DNA of 64,000 nt from Candidatus Fervidifonticultor secundus (lineage in GTDB: Bacteria; Sysuimicrobiota; Sysuimicrobiia; Sysuimicrobiales; Humicultoraceae). A model generated the notes under the pieces. It was not told the DNA's origin, ran no database searches, and saw only the letters and a program-made list of their open reading frames with translations. Positions within the stretch are counted from its first letter, which is position 1. Each line of letters opens with the position of its first letter. The stretch spans positions 160,001-224,000 of the forward strand of contig JAVKIP010000001.1 of the NCBI GenBank assembly GCA_031459385.1, in the 5' to 3' direction. A program made the position numbers and the translations under genes. Shown here piece after piece: positions 39,952 through 51,421 of this stretch.

Positions 39952-41475
39952 GTGACCCGATCGGAACGGTTCGTCACCCTGGGCATCATGCTGGGGATCT
40001 TCATGGCGTCCATGGAGAGCACCGTGGTCGCCACGGCGATGCCCACCATCGCCAGCCAGATCGGCGGTCTCGCGTCGTACAGCTGGGTGTTCTCCGCCTA
40101 CATGCTGGCCGCCACCGCCACCGTGCCCCTCTTCGGGAAGCTCGCCGACCTCTACGGCCGGCGGAAGGTCTTCGCCGTGGCGATGGGGCTGTTCCTGACC
40201 GCGTCGCTGCTGTGCGGCCTGGCGCGCAGCATGCCGCAGCTCATCGCCTTCCGCGCCCTGCAGGGCCTCGGGGCGGGCGGGCTGCTGCCGCTGGCGTTCA
40301 TCATCATCGGCGACCTGTTTACGGTGGAGCGGCGGGCGCGGATCCAGGGGCTCTTCTCCGGCGTGTGGGGGCTGTCGTCTATCGTCGGCCCGCTGCTCGG
40401 CGGGTTCCTGGTGGACCAGGTCTCGTGGCCCTGGGTCTTCTACGTCAACGTGGCGCCGGGGGCGCTGGCCGCGGGGCTGATCTGGCGGTTCTTCGAAGAC
40501 GACCTCACACCGCTCCACGCGCGTCCCGCGGTGGACTACGCTGGCGCCGTGCTGCTCACCGCGGGCATCGTGGTCCTGCTGCTGGGCCTGTTCGAGCTGG
40601 ACAGCGGCCGCGGGGCACCGCTGCTGGCGACCGCCGCGTTGCTGTTGGCCGCCCTGGCGTGGGCCGAGCGCCGCGCCGCCGATCCAGTCCTCCCCCTGCA
40701 GCTGTTTCGCCTGCGGCTGTTCGCCGTCGCCTGCGCCCAGGGGCTGTGGTCTGGATGGTCGGTCTTCGGCAGCCTGGCGTTCGTGCCGCTGTTCGTCCAG
40801 GCGGTGCTGCGCACCAGCGCCACCGCCGCGGGCTCCACGCTCACGCCCATGATGCTCGGGTGGGTGAGCGCCAGCATCCTCAGCACCCGGTTCCTACTCC
40901 TGCGCCTGGGCTACCGCGCGCTGGTTGTGGCCGGGATGGTCGCGCTCTCTGCCGGGACGCTGCTGATGACCCGCGTCGGGCCCGAGGCCACGCACGGCTA
41001 CGTGATGGTGTCGGTCACCCTGATGGGGATCGGGATGGGGCTGTCGGTGCCGTCCTTCATGATCGCGGTGCAGTCGGCCGTCTCCCGCCGGGTGCTGGGC
41101 GCGGCGACCTCCACGCTGCAGTTCGCGCGCAGTATCGGCGGGGCGTTCGGCGTGAGCGTGATGGGCGCGGTGCTGGCGGCGCGGCTGGCCGCGGCGCTGC
41201 GCGCCAGCGGAGTGGACCCCCAGACGGTGTCGGTGAACCGCCTGCTCGATCCCCTGGCGCGCGCCCCGGCGCCCGCGCTGGACGGGACGCTGCGGACGGC
41301 CCTGGCCGGCGCCATCCAGGGCGTCTTCGTCGCGGCTTTCCTCGCGGCGCTGGCGGCGCTGGCCGTGACGCTGCTGGCGCCCCGCGGCCGCCTCGCGCTG
41401 GCCGCGCCGGCGCAGGATGCGGAGGCGCTGCGCCCCGAACCGGCCGGCGCCGTGCCCACATCGGGGGCGAAGTAA
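39952..41475 (+). CDS. DHA2/MDR-type MFS transporter (14 TM)
   Basis: [46 protein letters not shown]. Confidence 0.9.
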   Translation: MTRSERFVTLGIMLGIFMASMESTVVATAMPTIASQIGGLASYSWVFSAYMLAATATVPLFGKLADLYGRRKVFAVAMGLFLTASLLCGLARSMPQLIAFRALQGLGAGGLLPLAFIIIGDLFTVERRARIQGLFSGVWGLSSIVGPLLGGFLVDQVSWPWVFYVNVAPGALAAGLIWRFFEDDLTPLHARPAVDYAGAVLLTAGIVVLLLGLFELDSGRGAPLLATAALLLAALAWAERRAADPVLPLQLFRLRLFAVACAQGLWSGWSVFGSLAFVPLFVQAVLRTSATAAGSTLTPMMLGWVSASILSTRFLLLRLGYRALVVAGMVALSAGTLLMTRVGPEATHGYVMVSVTLMGIGMGLSVPSFMIAVQSAVSRRVLGAATSTLQFARSIGGAFGVSVMGAVLAARLAAALRASGVDPQTVSVNRLLDPLARAPAPALDGTLRTALAGAIQGVFVAAFLAALAALAVTLLAPRGRLALAAPAQDAEALRPEPAGAVPTSGAK

Positions 41476-42704
41476 TGCCGTCCCGCTGCGACATCGCACT
41501 GGTCGGCGGCGGCATCGTCGGCCTGGCCACCGCCCTGGCGCTCGTGGAGCGGGCGCCGGACCTCCGGCTGGCGGTGCTCGAGAAGGAGGCCGACGTCGGC
41601 CGGCACCAGACCGGGCACAACAGCGGGGTCATCCACTCGGGCCTCTACTACCAGCCCGGGTCCGCCAAGGCACGCCTGTGCGTGGAGGGCGGCCGCCTGC
41701 TGCGCGCCTTCTGCGCTCGATGGGGTGTCCCCGTCGACGAGTGCGGGAAGGTCGTGGTGGCGACCGATGCCGCGGAGGCGGTCCGCCTGGAGACGCTGTA
41801 CGCCCGCGGGGTGGCCAACGGGGTCGGGCGGCTCGAACTCCTCTCCCCGGAGCGCCTGCGCGAGATCGAGCCGCACGCTGCGGGCGTGCGAGCGCTGTGG
41901 TCGCCCACGACAGCGATCGTCGACTTCCAGCAGGTGGCCCGCGCCATGGCCGCGGAGCTGCGGCGCCGCGGGGTCGAGATCGCCACGGCGAGCCCCGTGG
42001 TGGGCCTGCGCCGCCTGCCGGGCGGCTTCGTGCTGCAGACGCCGCGCGCCGAGGTCGAGGCGCGGTGGCTGGTGAACTGCGCGGGGCTCTACAGCGACGT
42101 GGTGGCGCGCATGGCCGGCGCGCGGCCCCCGGTGCGCATCGTGCCCTTCCGCGGCGAGTACTACCTCCTGCGGCCCGAGCGGCAGCACCTGGTGCGCGGG
42201 CTCATCTACCCCGTGCCCGATCCCCGCTTCCCCTTCCTCGGCGTGCACCTGACGCGGACGATCCACGGCCGCGTCGAGGCCGGCCCCAACGCGGTGCTGG
42301 CCCTGGCCCGCGAAGGCTACACGGTCTGGCGCGTGCACCCCGCCGAGGTGGCGGTGATGCTGGCCTACCCGGGTTTCTGGCGCATGGCCCGCCGCTACTG
42401 GCGCACGGGGCTGGTCGAGGTGGCCCGGTCGCTGAGCGCGCGGGCGTTCGTGCGGGCGCTGCGGCGCCTGGTGCCGGCGCTGCGCCCCGCCGACGTGGTG
42501 CGGGCAGGCGCCGGCGTGCGGGCCCAGGCCGTGCGCGCCGATGGGACGCTGGAAGACGACTTCCGCATCCAGGCCACGGCCGACGCCATCCACGTGCTGA
42601 ACGCGCCGTCGCCCGCGGCCACCAGCGCTCTGGCCATCGGCCGGCACATTGCGGCCCTGGCAGAGACAGCCTTCGGGTTCGCGCCGGCGGCCGCCGGAGG
42701 CTGA
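41475..42704 (+). CDS. lhgO: L-2-hydroxyglutarate oxidase/dehydrogenase
   Basis: GGGIVG, HQTGHNSGVIHSG.YY.PGS.KA, PFRGEY, IYPVPDP.FPFLGVH, GVRAQA, NAPSPAATS. Confidence 0.92.
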   Translation: MPSRCDIALVGGGIVGLATALALVERAPDLRLAVLEKEADVGRHQTGHNSGVIHSGLYYQPGSAKARLCVEGGRLLRAFCARWGVPVDECGKVVVATDAAEAVRLETLYARGVANGVGRLELLSPERLREIEPHAAGVRALWSPTTAIVDFQQVARAMAAELRRRGVEIATASPVVGLRRLPGGFVLQTPRAEVEARWLVNCAGLYSDVVARMAGARPPVRIVPFRGEYYLLRPERQHLVRGLIYPVPDPRFPFLGVHLTRTIHGRVEAGPNAVLALAREGYTVWRVHPAEVAVMLAYPGFWRMARRYWRTGLVEVARSLSARAFVRALRRLVPALRPADVVRAGAGVRAQAVRADGTLEDDFRIQATADAIHVLNAPSPAATSALAIGRHIAALAETAFGFAPAAAGG

Positions 42705-42782
42705 GGCACCCGCGGGGACCCGAGGCGGCCGGCATCCATATCATCGCGCGGGGCCGAGGTCCGCGCGCAGGGAGGAGACCGC

Positions 42783-43973
42783 ATGACAGTCCGACGCACG
42801 CCCCCGCTCACGCCCGAGGAGGCGCGGCGCCTGCACGAGACCGCGCTGGTCATCGACACGCAGCAGCCGCCCGTCATCGGCGGGTTCCTGTTCACCGACG
42901 CGATGCGCGCGACGCTGGCAGAGTACCACCGGCGCGGCTTCACCCGCGAGGAGGTCTCACCGATCATGGTGGACATGGCCGTGCGGGAACTCCAGACGTC
43001 GCCCGCGGCGCGCCAGGTCTATCTGGAGTTCTGGCGGGCGTCGGGCGTGACCGTGGCATGCGGGACGTTCTCAGGATCCCACAGGATCAGCGACGCCTTC
43101 GAGGCGGCGGTCAAGCGCATCGCGCAGGCCTACGGCGTCATCGAGGCGCTGGGGGGCGCCCTGCGGCTGTGCCGGACCGCGGCTGACATCGAGCGCGCGC
43201 ACCGCGACGGCGTCCGCGGCCTGATCCTCGACTTCCAGAACACGACCCCCTTCGGGGACACCCTGGAGCGCATCGAGCTGTTCGCGAACCTGGGGGTCCG
43301 CATGGTGCAGCTCACGTACAACCTGCAGAACCTGGTGGGCGACGGCTGCACCGAGACCTACGGCGGCGGCCTCACGTACTTCGGCCGCGAGGTGGTGCAG
43401 CGCCTCAACGCTCACCGTATCCTGGTGGACGTGAGCCACTGCAGCGAGCAGGTGGCCCGGGACGCGCTCCAGGTCTCCAGCGCGCCCGTCATCGTCTCCC
43501 ACGCGTCCAGCAAGGCGGTCTGCTACCACGACCGCGGCAAGAGCGACGAGCTGGCGCGGGCCATCGCCGACCGGGGCGGGTTCTTCGGCGTGGTGGTCAT
43601 CCCGGGCTTTCTCTCGGAGCACCCCGAGCCCACCCTGGAGGCGTTCTGCGACCACGTGGAGCACCTGGTGGACGTCATGGGAATCGACCACGTGGGCATC
43701 GGCACCGACAAGGCCGGCCCCGGCCCCGGCACCGACTCCATGGTGGAGTATCCCACGGACATGCCCCTGCGTCGTTCTGAGGCGTTCAACTGGGCGGGCT
43801 TCCGAGACGCGGAGCACCGCATCACGCCCAACTTCCGCCTGCAGGGATTCGAGAAGTTCAGCGACTGGCCCAACCTGACCGTCGCGCTGGCGCGGCGCGG
43901 GTTCACCGAGGACGAACTGCGCAAGCTCCTGGGCCTGAACTTCCTGCGGGTCTTCCGGGAGGTGTGCGGCTGA
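42783..43973 (+). CDS. Membrane (renal) dipeptidase M19-fold protein, atypical metal site
   Basis: QLTYN.QN..GDGC, GLT.FG, DVSH, SHA, IDHVGIGTD, GLNFLRVF; the N-terminal HxD is replaced by DTQQ and the Glu by Q (DFQN). Confidence 0.82.
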   Translation: MTVRRTPPLTPEEARRLHETALVIDTQQPPVIGGFLFTDAMRATLAEYHRRGFTREEVSPIMVDMAVRELQTSPAARQVYLEFWRASGVTVACGTFSGSHRISDAFEAAVKRIAQAYGVIEALGGALRLCRTAADIERAHRDGVRGLILDFQNTTPFGDTLERIELFANLGVRMVQLTYNLQNLVGDGCTETYGGGLTYFGREVVQRLNAHRILVDVSHCSEQVARDALQVSSAPVIVSHASSKAVCYHDRGKSDELARAIADRGGFFGVVVIPGFLSEHPEPTLEAFCDHVEHLVDVMGIDHVGIGTDKAGPGPGTDSMVEYPTDMPLRRSEAFNWAGFRDAEHRITPNFRLQGFEKFSDWPNLTVALARRGFTEDELRKLLGLNFLRVFREVCG

Positions 43974-43990
43974 CGGGCCGACGTGCCCTC

Positions 43991-44449
43991 CTACCCGAAC
44001 AGGCGCGGCTTCCCCAGCAGCGCCCGCAGCGTGGTGATCTTGCCGACGTGGTAGCCGCGGTGGTAGGTCGCGAAGGCCAGCATCTCGCCGACGGTGCTGT
44101 AGTTGCGGGCGTCCACGCGGGCGGCGAGATCGGCGGTCCGCGCGATCTCTTCCAGGCGTCCCTGCCCGCGGTTGACGGCGTCGCGCACCTCAGCCAGGGG
44201 TGGATAGGCCGCGGGACCGCCGGTGCCCGTCGCGAACAGTCCTTCGTAGCCTGCCGGCGGTTCGGTCCGGCCGTCGGCGCGCCGCGCGAACCCCGCGTCG
44301 GCCAGCGCGATGTGCCCGGCCTGCCAGATGATCGGTGTGAGCCCGTGGGGCGTACGCCGGGCCTCGTCGTCGGTCAGGTCCTCCAGACAGCGCAGGAGCC
44401 GCGCGTGGGTCGCGGTCAGGCCGTAGAGCAGCACGGCTCTAATGTCCAT
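43991..44449 (-). CDS. DinB-family protein
   Basis: W..GHIA..D and H..YH.G.I..LR..LG His triad; GGGAGG RBS. Confidence 0.85.
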   Translation of the reverse strand: MDIRAVLLYGLTATHARLLRCLEDLTDDEARRTPHGLTPIIWQAGHIALADAGFARRADGRTEPPAGYEGLFATGTGGPAAYPPLAEVRDAVNRGQGRLEEIARTADLAARVDARNYSTVGEMLAFATYHRGYHVGKITTLRALLGKPRLFG

Positions 44450-44666
44450 CGCGTCCCTCCCAGCCCGCCAGGGCACCAGGTCACGACGTGGCGGCAACGG
44501 AGAGTTCGGGGCTTCGCCCCTCGGTCCCTTGCGGGCCGGGCGTTCCTGGTGCGTGCGGCGGCATGGAGGAGAAGCCGCCGCCGGCCGAAAAGACCCGCCC
44601 CGTGATGCGCGACGTCCGCGTGCGCCGGACGAGCCGTGGCACGGTCGGTGGCGGCGGGGCCCTGGG

Positions 44667-45134
44667 GTGGACCTGATCGCCGTCAAGCGCGGCATCCTGG
44701 TGTTCTGGGCCGTCTGGCACGCCGTCGTCTGGCTCGCCAATGCGTGCGACGCGCTGAAGGCCGCGGGGGTGTTGCCGCGGTCCTGGAAGTTCGCGTCCGG
44801 CAACTGGGGGGCGATCCGGGACGCGCTCGGGGTCTACCGGACGCCACCCTGGCTCGCGGTGGCAATGTTCGGCGGGGTGCTGGCCTGGCAGGCGACCGCC
44901 GCCGCGCTGATGTGGCGGGCTGCCCTGGCGGCTGCGACGGCAGGCGCGTTCACGGACGGTCCGCTCGCCGCTGCCGCGACGTCCGCGTTCGGCACATCGG
45001 CAGCGCTGTGGGCTGCGCTGGTCCTCGCGGACGAAGTGCTGATCGCCTACCACCACGAGGGCGCGCACCTGCGGATCCTGACGGCGCTGCTGGTCTCGCT
45101 GCTGGCGATCCGGCTGCTGCCCGACGGGGTGTGA
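44667..45134 (+). CDS. Hypothetical membrane protein
   Basis: About 4 hydrophobic helices with a W/K-rich loop (WKFASGN); coding-like codon usage from GTG 44667. The start is uncertain. Confidence 0.6.
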   Translation: MDLIAVKRGILVFWAVWHAVVWLANACDALKAAGVLPRSWKFASGNWGAIRDALGVYRTPPWLAVAMFGGVLAWQATAAALMWRAALAAATAGAFTDGPLAAAATSAFGTSAALWAALVLADEVLIAYHHEGAHLRILTALLVSLLAIRLLPDGV

Positions 45135-45158
45135 GCCGCGAACCACGAGCGCGCGTCG

Positions 45159-47156
45159 ATGCCGGGAAGCACTGTGGGACGCAGGGACGGGCATCCACCG
45201 AGGCCACAGCGTGCTGGGGGACCGCGGCGGCTCCGCTCGATGCTGCTGGGGCTCGCGCTGGCGGCCGCGGCCGTCGCCGCCCCGCCCGGCGCGCGCGGCC
45301 AGGGGGCCGGGCGGGCCATCGTCCTCTCATGGGACGGCGTGGTGCCTGCGGAGGTCCACGCGCTGCTGCGCGAGGGCCGCCTGCCGCACCTCGGCCGCCT
45401 GATCGCCGACGGCGCGCTCGCCGACGACGTGGTCACCGCCTTTCCCTCCAAGACCGCCGCGGGACACGCATCACTGTGGACCGGCGCGCCCCCGCGCCTC
45501 ACGGGCATCTCGGGCAACGCCGTGCCCCGGACGCCGCGGGCGCAGCACACGATGCTCGACTTCACCTCGGGCTTCGCCTCCACGGCGCTGCAGGCCGAGC
45601 CGCTGTGGATGGCCGCCGCCCGCGCCGGCCGCCGCGCCGTGATCGTCCAGGCCACGCAGGGCTGGCCCTTCGAGCCCTACGTGCGGGACGGCCCGTTCGG
45701 GCCGGGGCAGGCGGCGCGGCTCGTGCTGTTCGAAGGCTATGCCGGCATCCTCGGGGGCGACCTGGCGCTGACCGCGCGGGGGGCCCCGCCCCGGCCCGCG
45801 GAGGGCTGGGTGAACTTCCCGCCGTCCTTCGCGCCGCCGCTCGCGATCACCGTGCCGGCGGGGGCCACGACGCTGCACGGGATCTTCATCGACGACCCTG
45901 CCGACCCCACCCGCGGCTACGACACGCTGCTCATCGCGCGAGACCGGGACGCCGCGCAGCCCGAGGCCCGCCTCAAACCCGGACCCTCCTCCCCCGGGAC
46001 GCTCGACCGCTGGAGCCCGGTGCTGAAGGTGGCGGCAGGCGGTGAGCGCGACGCCGGGCTCTATCTCCGGCTGTTCGACCTGCGGCCGGACGGACGCGAC
46101 TTCCTCCTGTACGTGACGCGGCCCGTCCGCGAGCTGAGCTCGCGCCCGGAGCTGCTGCCAGCGCTGCGCGCTGCGGCCGGCGTTTTCGTCGGCAACGGCG
46201 CGGGCCGGCTCTACGAGCAGGGCGCGTTCGGCCGGACGATTCCCGTCGGCGGCGACGGGACGGCGGAGCAACGCTACCTGGAGACCGTCCGGCTGGTACA
46301 CCGCCACCTCATGGCGGCCACGCGATGGGTGCTAGAGCGTCTGCCGTGGGACCTCGTCTTCGCCTACACGCCGTTTCCCGACGAGGCCGAGCACCTGTGG
46401 CGCGGCTATCTGGAGCCCTCGCTGCCGGGGCACCGGCCGGAGGTCGCCGAGCGGCTGCGGCCCTACCTGGCCGAGGTCTACCAGCAGTGCGACGAGTTCC
46501 TGGGCCTGGTGGCGCGGCTGCGGCCGTCGGGTACCGTGATCGCGCTGGTCTCCGACCACGGGATGGAAGGCGTGGACCGGCTGGTGCGCGTGAACGTCGC
46601 GCTCCAGCGGGCGGGGCTGCTGACGCTCGACGCGCAGGGCCGCGTCGACCTGGCCCGCACGCGGGCCTGGTACCCGCCCGCCAGCAACGCGTACCTGCTG
46701 CTCAACACGCGCGACCGCCGCGGGGGCATCGTGGACGCCGACGAGCGCAGGGCGGTCGTGGCGGCCGTGCGGCGCGCGCTCGAGGAGGTGCGGGACGGCG
46801 GCCGGCCCCTGGTCACCGCGGTCATCGATGCAGAAGTCGACGGCGCCCCCCGCGGCATCGGCGGGCCGGCCGGTGGCGACGTCTACCTGGACCTGGCGCC
46901 CGGCTACGACTTCGATGCGCGGCTGGACGCCGCCGAGGTGGTCGTACCGCGGGCACCGTACGGGGCGCACCTGTTCGACCCGCTCCGTCCCACGATGCGG
47001 ACGCTCCTGGTGCTCCAGGGGCCCGGCGTGGCTGCCGGCCGGCGGCTCCGCGGTGTGCGGACCATCGACGTCGCGCCCACCCTGGCCGACCTGCTCGGCA
47101 TGCCACCGCCGCGCCACGCCACCGGCCGCGTGCTGGTCGAGGCGCTGGCGCGCTGA
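45159..47156 (+). CDS. Exported alkaline-phosphatase-superfamily nucleotide pyrophosphatase/phosphodiesterase
   Basis: SWDG, FPSKTAAGH.SL.TG (Thr nucleophile), DEAEH, SDHG, GAH, IDVAPT. Signal-like LLGLALAAAAVA; the start may be 45240. Confidence 0.85.
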   Translation: MPGSTVGRRDGHPPRPQRAGGPRRLRSMLLGLALAAAAVAAPPGARGQGAGRAIVLSWDGVVPAEVHALLREGRLPHLGRLIADGALADDVVTAFPSKTAAGHASLWTGAPPRLTGISGNAVPRTPRAQHTMLDFTSGFASTALQAEPLWMAAARAGRRAVIVQATQGWPFEPYVRDGPFGPGQAARLVLFEGYAGILGGDLALTARGAPPRPAEGWVNFPPSFAPPLAITVPAGATTLHGIFIDDPADPTRGYDTLLIARDRDAAQPEARLKPGPSSPGTLDRWSPVLKVAAGGERDAGLYLRLFDLRPDGRDFLLYVTRPVRELSSRPELLPALRAAAGVFVGNGAGRLYEQGAFGRTIPVGGDGTAEQRYLETVRLVHRHLMAATRWVLERLPWDLVFAYTPFPDEAEHLWRGYLEPSLPGHRPEVAERLRPYLAEVYQQCDEFLGLVARLRPSGTVIALVSDHGMEGVDRLVRVNVALQRAGLLTLDAQGRVDLARTRAWYPPASNAYLLLNTRDRRGGIVDADERRAVVAAVRRALEEVRDGGRPLVTAVIDAEVDGAPRGIGGPAGGDVYLDLAPGYDFDARLDAAEVVVPRAPYGAHLFDPLRPTMRTLLVLQGPGVAAGRRLRGVRTIDVAPTLADLLGMPPPRHATGRVLVEALAR

Positions 47157-47210
47157 GATGCGGGACCCCCGCAGGAGACCGCGCGGCAGCGGGCGAACGC
47201 GAGCACGGTC

Positions 47211-48446
<1,236 letters not shown>

Positions 48447-48483
48447 GGAGGGCGAGCGGCCGACAACTCCTGGGAGGTGAGGT

Positions 48484-49491
48484 GTGGCCGCAGCGCGACG
48501 ACTCCACCGCTATCCCGTGACCGTCGATCTGCACGGAGGCGAGATCGCGCTCTACGTCCACGAGGTCGTCGGCGCCCGCGATGGTCCCGCCATGGGCGTG
48601 CTCTCCACGCTGCACGGGAGCGAGTGGCTGTCGGTGGAGATCCTCCGACGGTTGCTGCAGCGTGTGGATCCGCAGGCCCTGGCCGGGCGGGTGCTGGCCG
48701 TGCCCGTCGGGAACCCGGCGGCGTTCGCGTACCTGACCCGCAGCACGCCCGACGAATCGGATTCGCCGGACCTGAACCGCGTCTTCCCGGGACAGCACAC
48801 CTGGATCAGCGATCTGCTGGCCCAGGCCATCACCCGGCACGTGCTGACGCAGGTGCAGTATCTCATCGACCTGCACCTGGGGCTGTGGGGGGCCAGCTTC
48901 TACTGCGTGGCGTGGCCCAAGGACCTGCCCGAGCGCGAGCAGGTGCATCGCGCCGGCGTGATGGCCCACGCCTATGGGTGTCCGCTGATCCAGCACCTGT
49001 CGCTCCTCACGCGATTCCCCGGACCGCGCTCGGCGGCCGGCTACGCGGCCCAGCACCTGGGCGTGGTGCCGCTGCTGGTGGAGATCGGCGGCGCCGGGTT
49101 CGCGCCCGCGCTGGAGGAGCGCTGGATCGAGGAGAACGTCGCGGGCATCATCAGCGTGCTGCGCGCGCTGGGCATGCTCGACGGTGAGCCGCGTCGCCTC
49201 GACCGCTACCTGCACTACACGCGCCACGTCCGCGTCAACCCGTCGGTCGCCGGCTACCTCCTGCCCGCGGTGGGGCCCGACGTCCTGGGCCGCGATGTCG
49301 CCGCGGGGCAGGAAGCGGGACGCGTGGTGAGTCCGTACACGTTCGAGAACCTGGAGGTGCTGCGCGTGCCAGTGCGCGGGGCCTGGGTGATGGTCTCGCG
49401 GCCCTACCCGGTGCGGCCGGGGTACTGGGCGTTCGGGGTTGCGGACCTCGAGGACCCCGACGCCGGCTGGGGACCCGCGCGCACGGTCTGA
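48484..49491 (+). CDS. Succinylglutamate desuccinylase/aspartoacylase-family (M14) deacylase
   Basis: HGSE, DLNRVFPG, IDLH, VEIGG, C-terminal lipoyl-like domain. Confidence 0.88.
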   Translation: MAAARRLHRYPVTVDLHGGEIALYVHEVVGARDGPAMGVLSTLHGSEWLSVEILRRLLQRVDPQALAGRVLAVPVGNPAAFAYLTRSTPDESDSPDLNRVFPGQHTWISDLLAQAITRHVLTQVQYLIDLHLGLWGASFYCVAWPKDLPEREQVHRAGVMAHAYGCPLIQHLSLLTRFPGPRSAAGYAAQHLGVVPLLVEIGGAGFAPALEERWIEENVAGIISVLRALGMLDGEPRRLDRYLHYTRHVRVNPSVAGYLLPAVGPDVLGRDVAAGQEAGRVVSPYTFENLEVLRVPVRGAWVMVSRPYPVRPGYWAFGVADLEDPDAGWGPARTV

Positions 49492-49495
49492 GCCC

Positions 49496-50413
49496 ATGGG
49501 CTTCCTCACCCGGCGCCTGGTGCAGCTGGTGATCGTGCTCCTCGGCGTATCGGCCGTCGTCTTCGGCATCGTCCGGTTGACCGGTGACCCCGTGATCATC
49601 CTGTTGGGCGAGAGCGCCCCGCCCGAGGCCGTGGCCGCCATGCGTGCGGAACTTGGGCTCGACCGCCCGATCTACGTGCAGTACCTCCGGTTCCTGGCGA
49701 GTGCCGTGCGGGGAGATTTCGGCGACTCGCTGCGCTACCGCCAGGCGGCCCTGAGCCTCTTCATCGAGCGCCTGCCGGCCACCCTGGAGCTGGCCACCGC
49801 GGCGCTGGCGTTGGCGCTGGCCGTGGGGCTGCCCGCCGGCGTGGCCGCGGCCCTGCGCCCGCGCTCGGTGTTCGACGGGGTCGTGCGGCTCCTGGCGCTG
49901 GTCGGCCAGGCCGTGCCCGGCTTCTACCTCGGGCTGGTGGCGATCATCGTCTTCGGCGCGCACCTCAAGTGGCTCCCCACGGGTGGGCGCGGGACGTCGG
50001 CACAGCTGCTGCTGCCGGCGGTGACGCTGGCGGCGTACCAGATCGCGGTCGTGGCCCGCTTCGCCCGCGGCGCCATGCTGGAAGTGCTGGGAGAGGACTA
50101 CGTGCGCACGGCGCGGGCCAAGGGGCTGGCGCGGGTCCGTGTTGTCGCGGTGCACGCGCTGCGCAACGCGCTGATCCCCATTGTGACGATCCTGGGGTTG
50201 CAGGTCGGTACCCTGCTGTCCGGCGCCGTGGTCACCGAGACCGTCTTCAGCTGGCCCGGGGTCGGCCGGCTGGCGGTACAGGCGATCTACGCCCGTGACT
50301 TCCCCGTCGTGCAGGTGACCGTGATGGCGACGGCGGTGCTCTTCGTGGTGGTCAATCTGCTGACCGACGTGCTCTACGTGCTGATCGACCCGCGCATTCG
50401 CACCGCCGAGTAG
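49496..50413 (+). CDS. Peptide ABC permease (DppB-like)
   Basis: LGLDRP...QY, DYVRTARAKGL, HALRNALIP, RDFPVVQ, DPRIR. Confidence 0.93.
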   Translation: MGFLTRRLVQLVIVLLGVSAVVFGIVRLTGDPVIILLGESAPPEAVAAMRAELGLDRPIYVQYLRFLASAVRGDFGDSLRYRQAALSLFIERLPATLELATAALALALAVGLPAGVAAALRPRSVFDGVVRLLALVGQAVPGFYLGLVAIIVFGAHLKWLPTGGRGTSAQLLLPAVTLAAYQIAVVARFARGAMLEVLGEDYVRTARAKGLARVRVVAVHALRNALIPIVTILGLQVGTLLSGAVVTETVFSWPGVGRLAVQAIYARDFPVVQVTVMATAVLFVVVNLLTDVLYVLIDPRIRTAE

Positions 50414-50418
50414 TCGCG

Positions 50419-51321
50419 GTGCGCCCGATCGCCCGTCCGGCCTTCCACCCGTCTCGCCGGCGACGCGCAGTAGAGGCGTTCCTGCGCGACCGCGTCGCGG
50501 TCGCCGGCCTGGTGTTGCTCACCGTCATCGTGGGGGCCTCCGTCTGGCCGGTGACCTGGCTGCCCCACCCGCCGGCGTGGTCGGACCTCGATGCGCGGCT
50601 GGCGCCGCCCGCGTTCCTCCCTGGCGGGTCGGCGCACTACCTGCTGGGGACCGACACCCTGGGCCGCGACCTCCTCAGCCGCATCATGTACGGTGGACGG
50701 TTCTCTCTGTTCGTCGCCTCGGCGGCGGTGGCGCTGGGCGGTGCCGTCGGCATCACTGCCGGCCTGCTGGCCGGCTACCGGGGCGGGATGCTGGACGTGA
50801 TCGTCATGCGCCTCGTGGACGTCCAGCTCGCGTTTCCCCTGGTGCTGCTGGTGATCGCCGTCATCGCCGTGGTGGGGCCCAGTCTATCGGTGCTGGTGGT
50901 GACGCTGGGGCTGCCCGCCTGGGCCCACTACGCGCGCATCGTCCGGGGCACCACCCTCAGCGTCGTGGCCAGCCAGTACGTCGAAGCGGCGCGGGCGCTG
51001 GGCTGCCGGGAGCCTCGCGTGCTGTGGCGCCACGTGCTGCCCAACCTGGCCACGCCTGTGGTGATCCTGACGACCTTCGAGCTTGCCAGGCTGCTCCTGC
51101 TGGAGTCCGCGGTCTCGTTCCTGGGGCTGGGCGTCCAGCCACCTACGCCGTCATGGGGCACCATGATTGCCGACGGGCGCAACCACATCTACGAGGGCTG
51201 GTGGATATCCACGATGCCGGGGCTCGCCATCTGCCTGACGGTGCTGGCTTTCAACGTCATCGGCGACGGCCTGCGCGACCTGCTCGATCCGCGCGGCCAC
51301 GGCCGGCGTGCCGGCGCATGA
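50419..51321 (+). CDS. Peptide ABC permease (DppC-like)
   Basis: LGTDTLGRD, YVEAARALG, SFLGLGVQPPTPSWG, GDGLRD. Confidence 0.93.
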   Translation: MRPIARPAFHPSRRRRAVEAFLRDRVAVAGLVLLTVIVGASVWPVTWLPHPPAWSDLDARLAPPAFLPGGSAHYLLGTDTLGRDLLSRIMYGGRFSLFVASAAVALGGAVGITAGLLAGYRGGMLDVIVMRLVDVQLAFPLVLLVIAVIAVVGPSLSVLVVTLGLPAWAHYARIVRGTTLSVVASQYVEAARALGCREPRVLWRHVLPNLATPVVILTTFELARLLLLESAVSFLGLGVQPPTPSWGTMIADGRNHIYEGWWISTMPGLAICLTVLAFNVIGDGLRDLLDPRGHGRRAGA

Positions 51322-51421
51322 CGCGCGTCCGGCAATGCTCGACTTCCCGGGTCTGCCTGGAGGAGGCGCGTTCGGCCACACCGAACCACGGGTGCGCATT
51401 GCGATTGTCCGATGAGGAGGC

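Noticed and set aside
39876..41474. Apparent 942-aa fusion ending in LhgO
   Set aside because: The first half is an off-frame read of the MFS gene; lhgO starts at the TAATG overlap at 41475 with its own GGGIVG motif.
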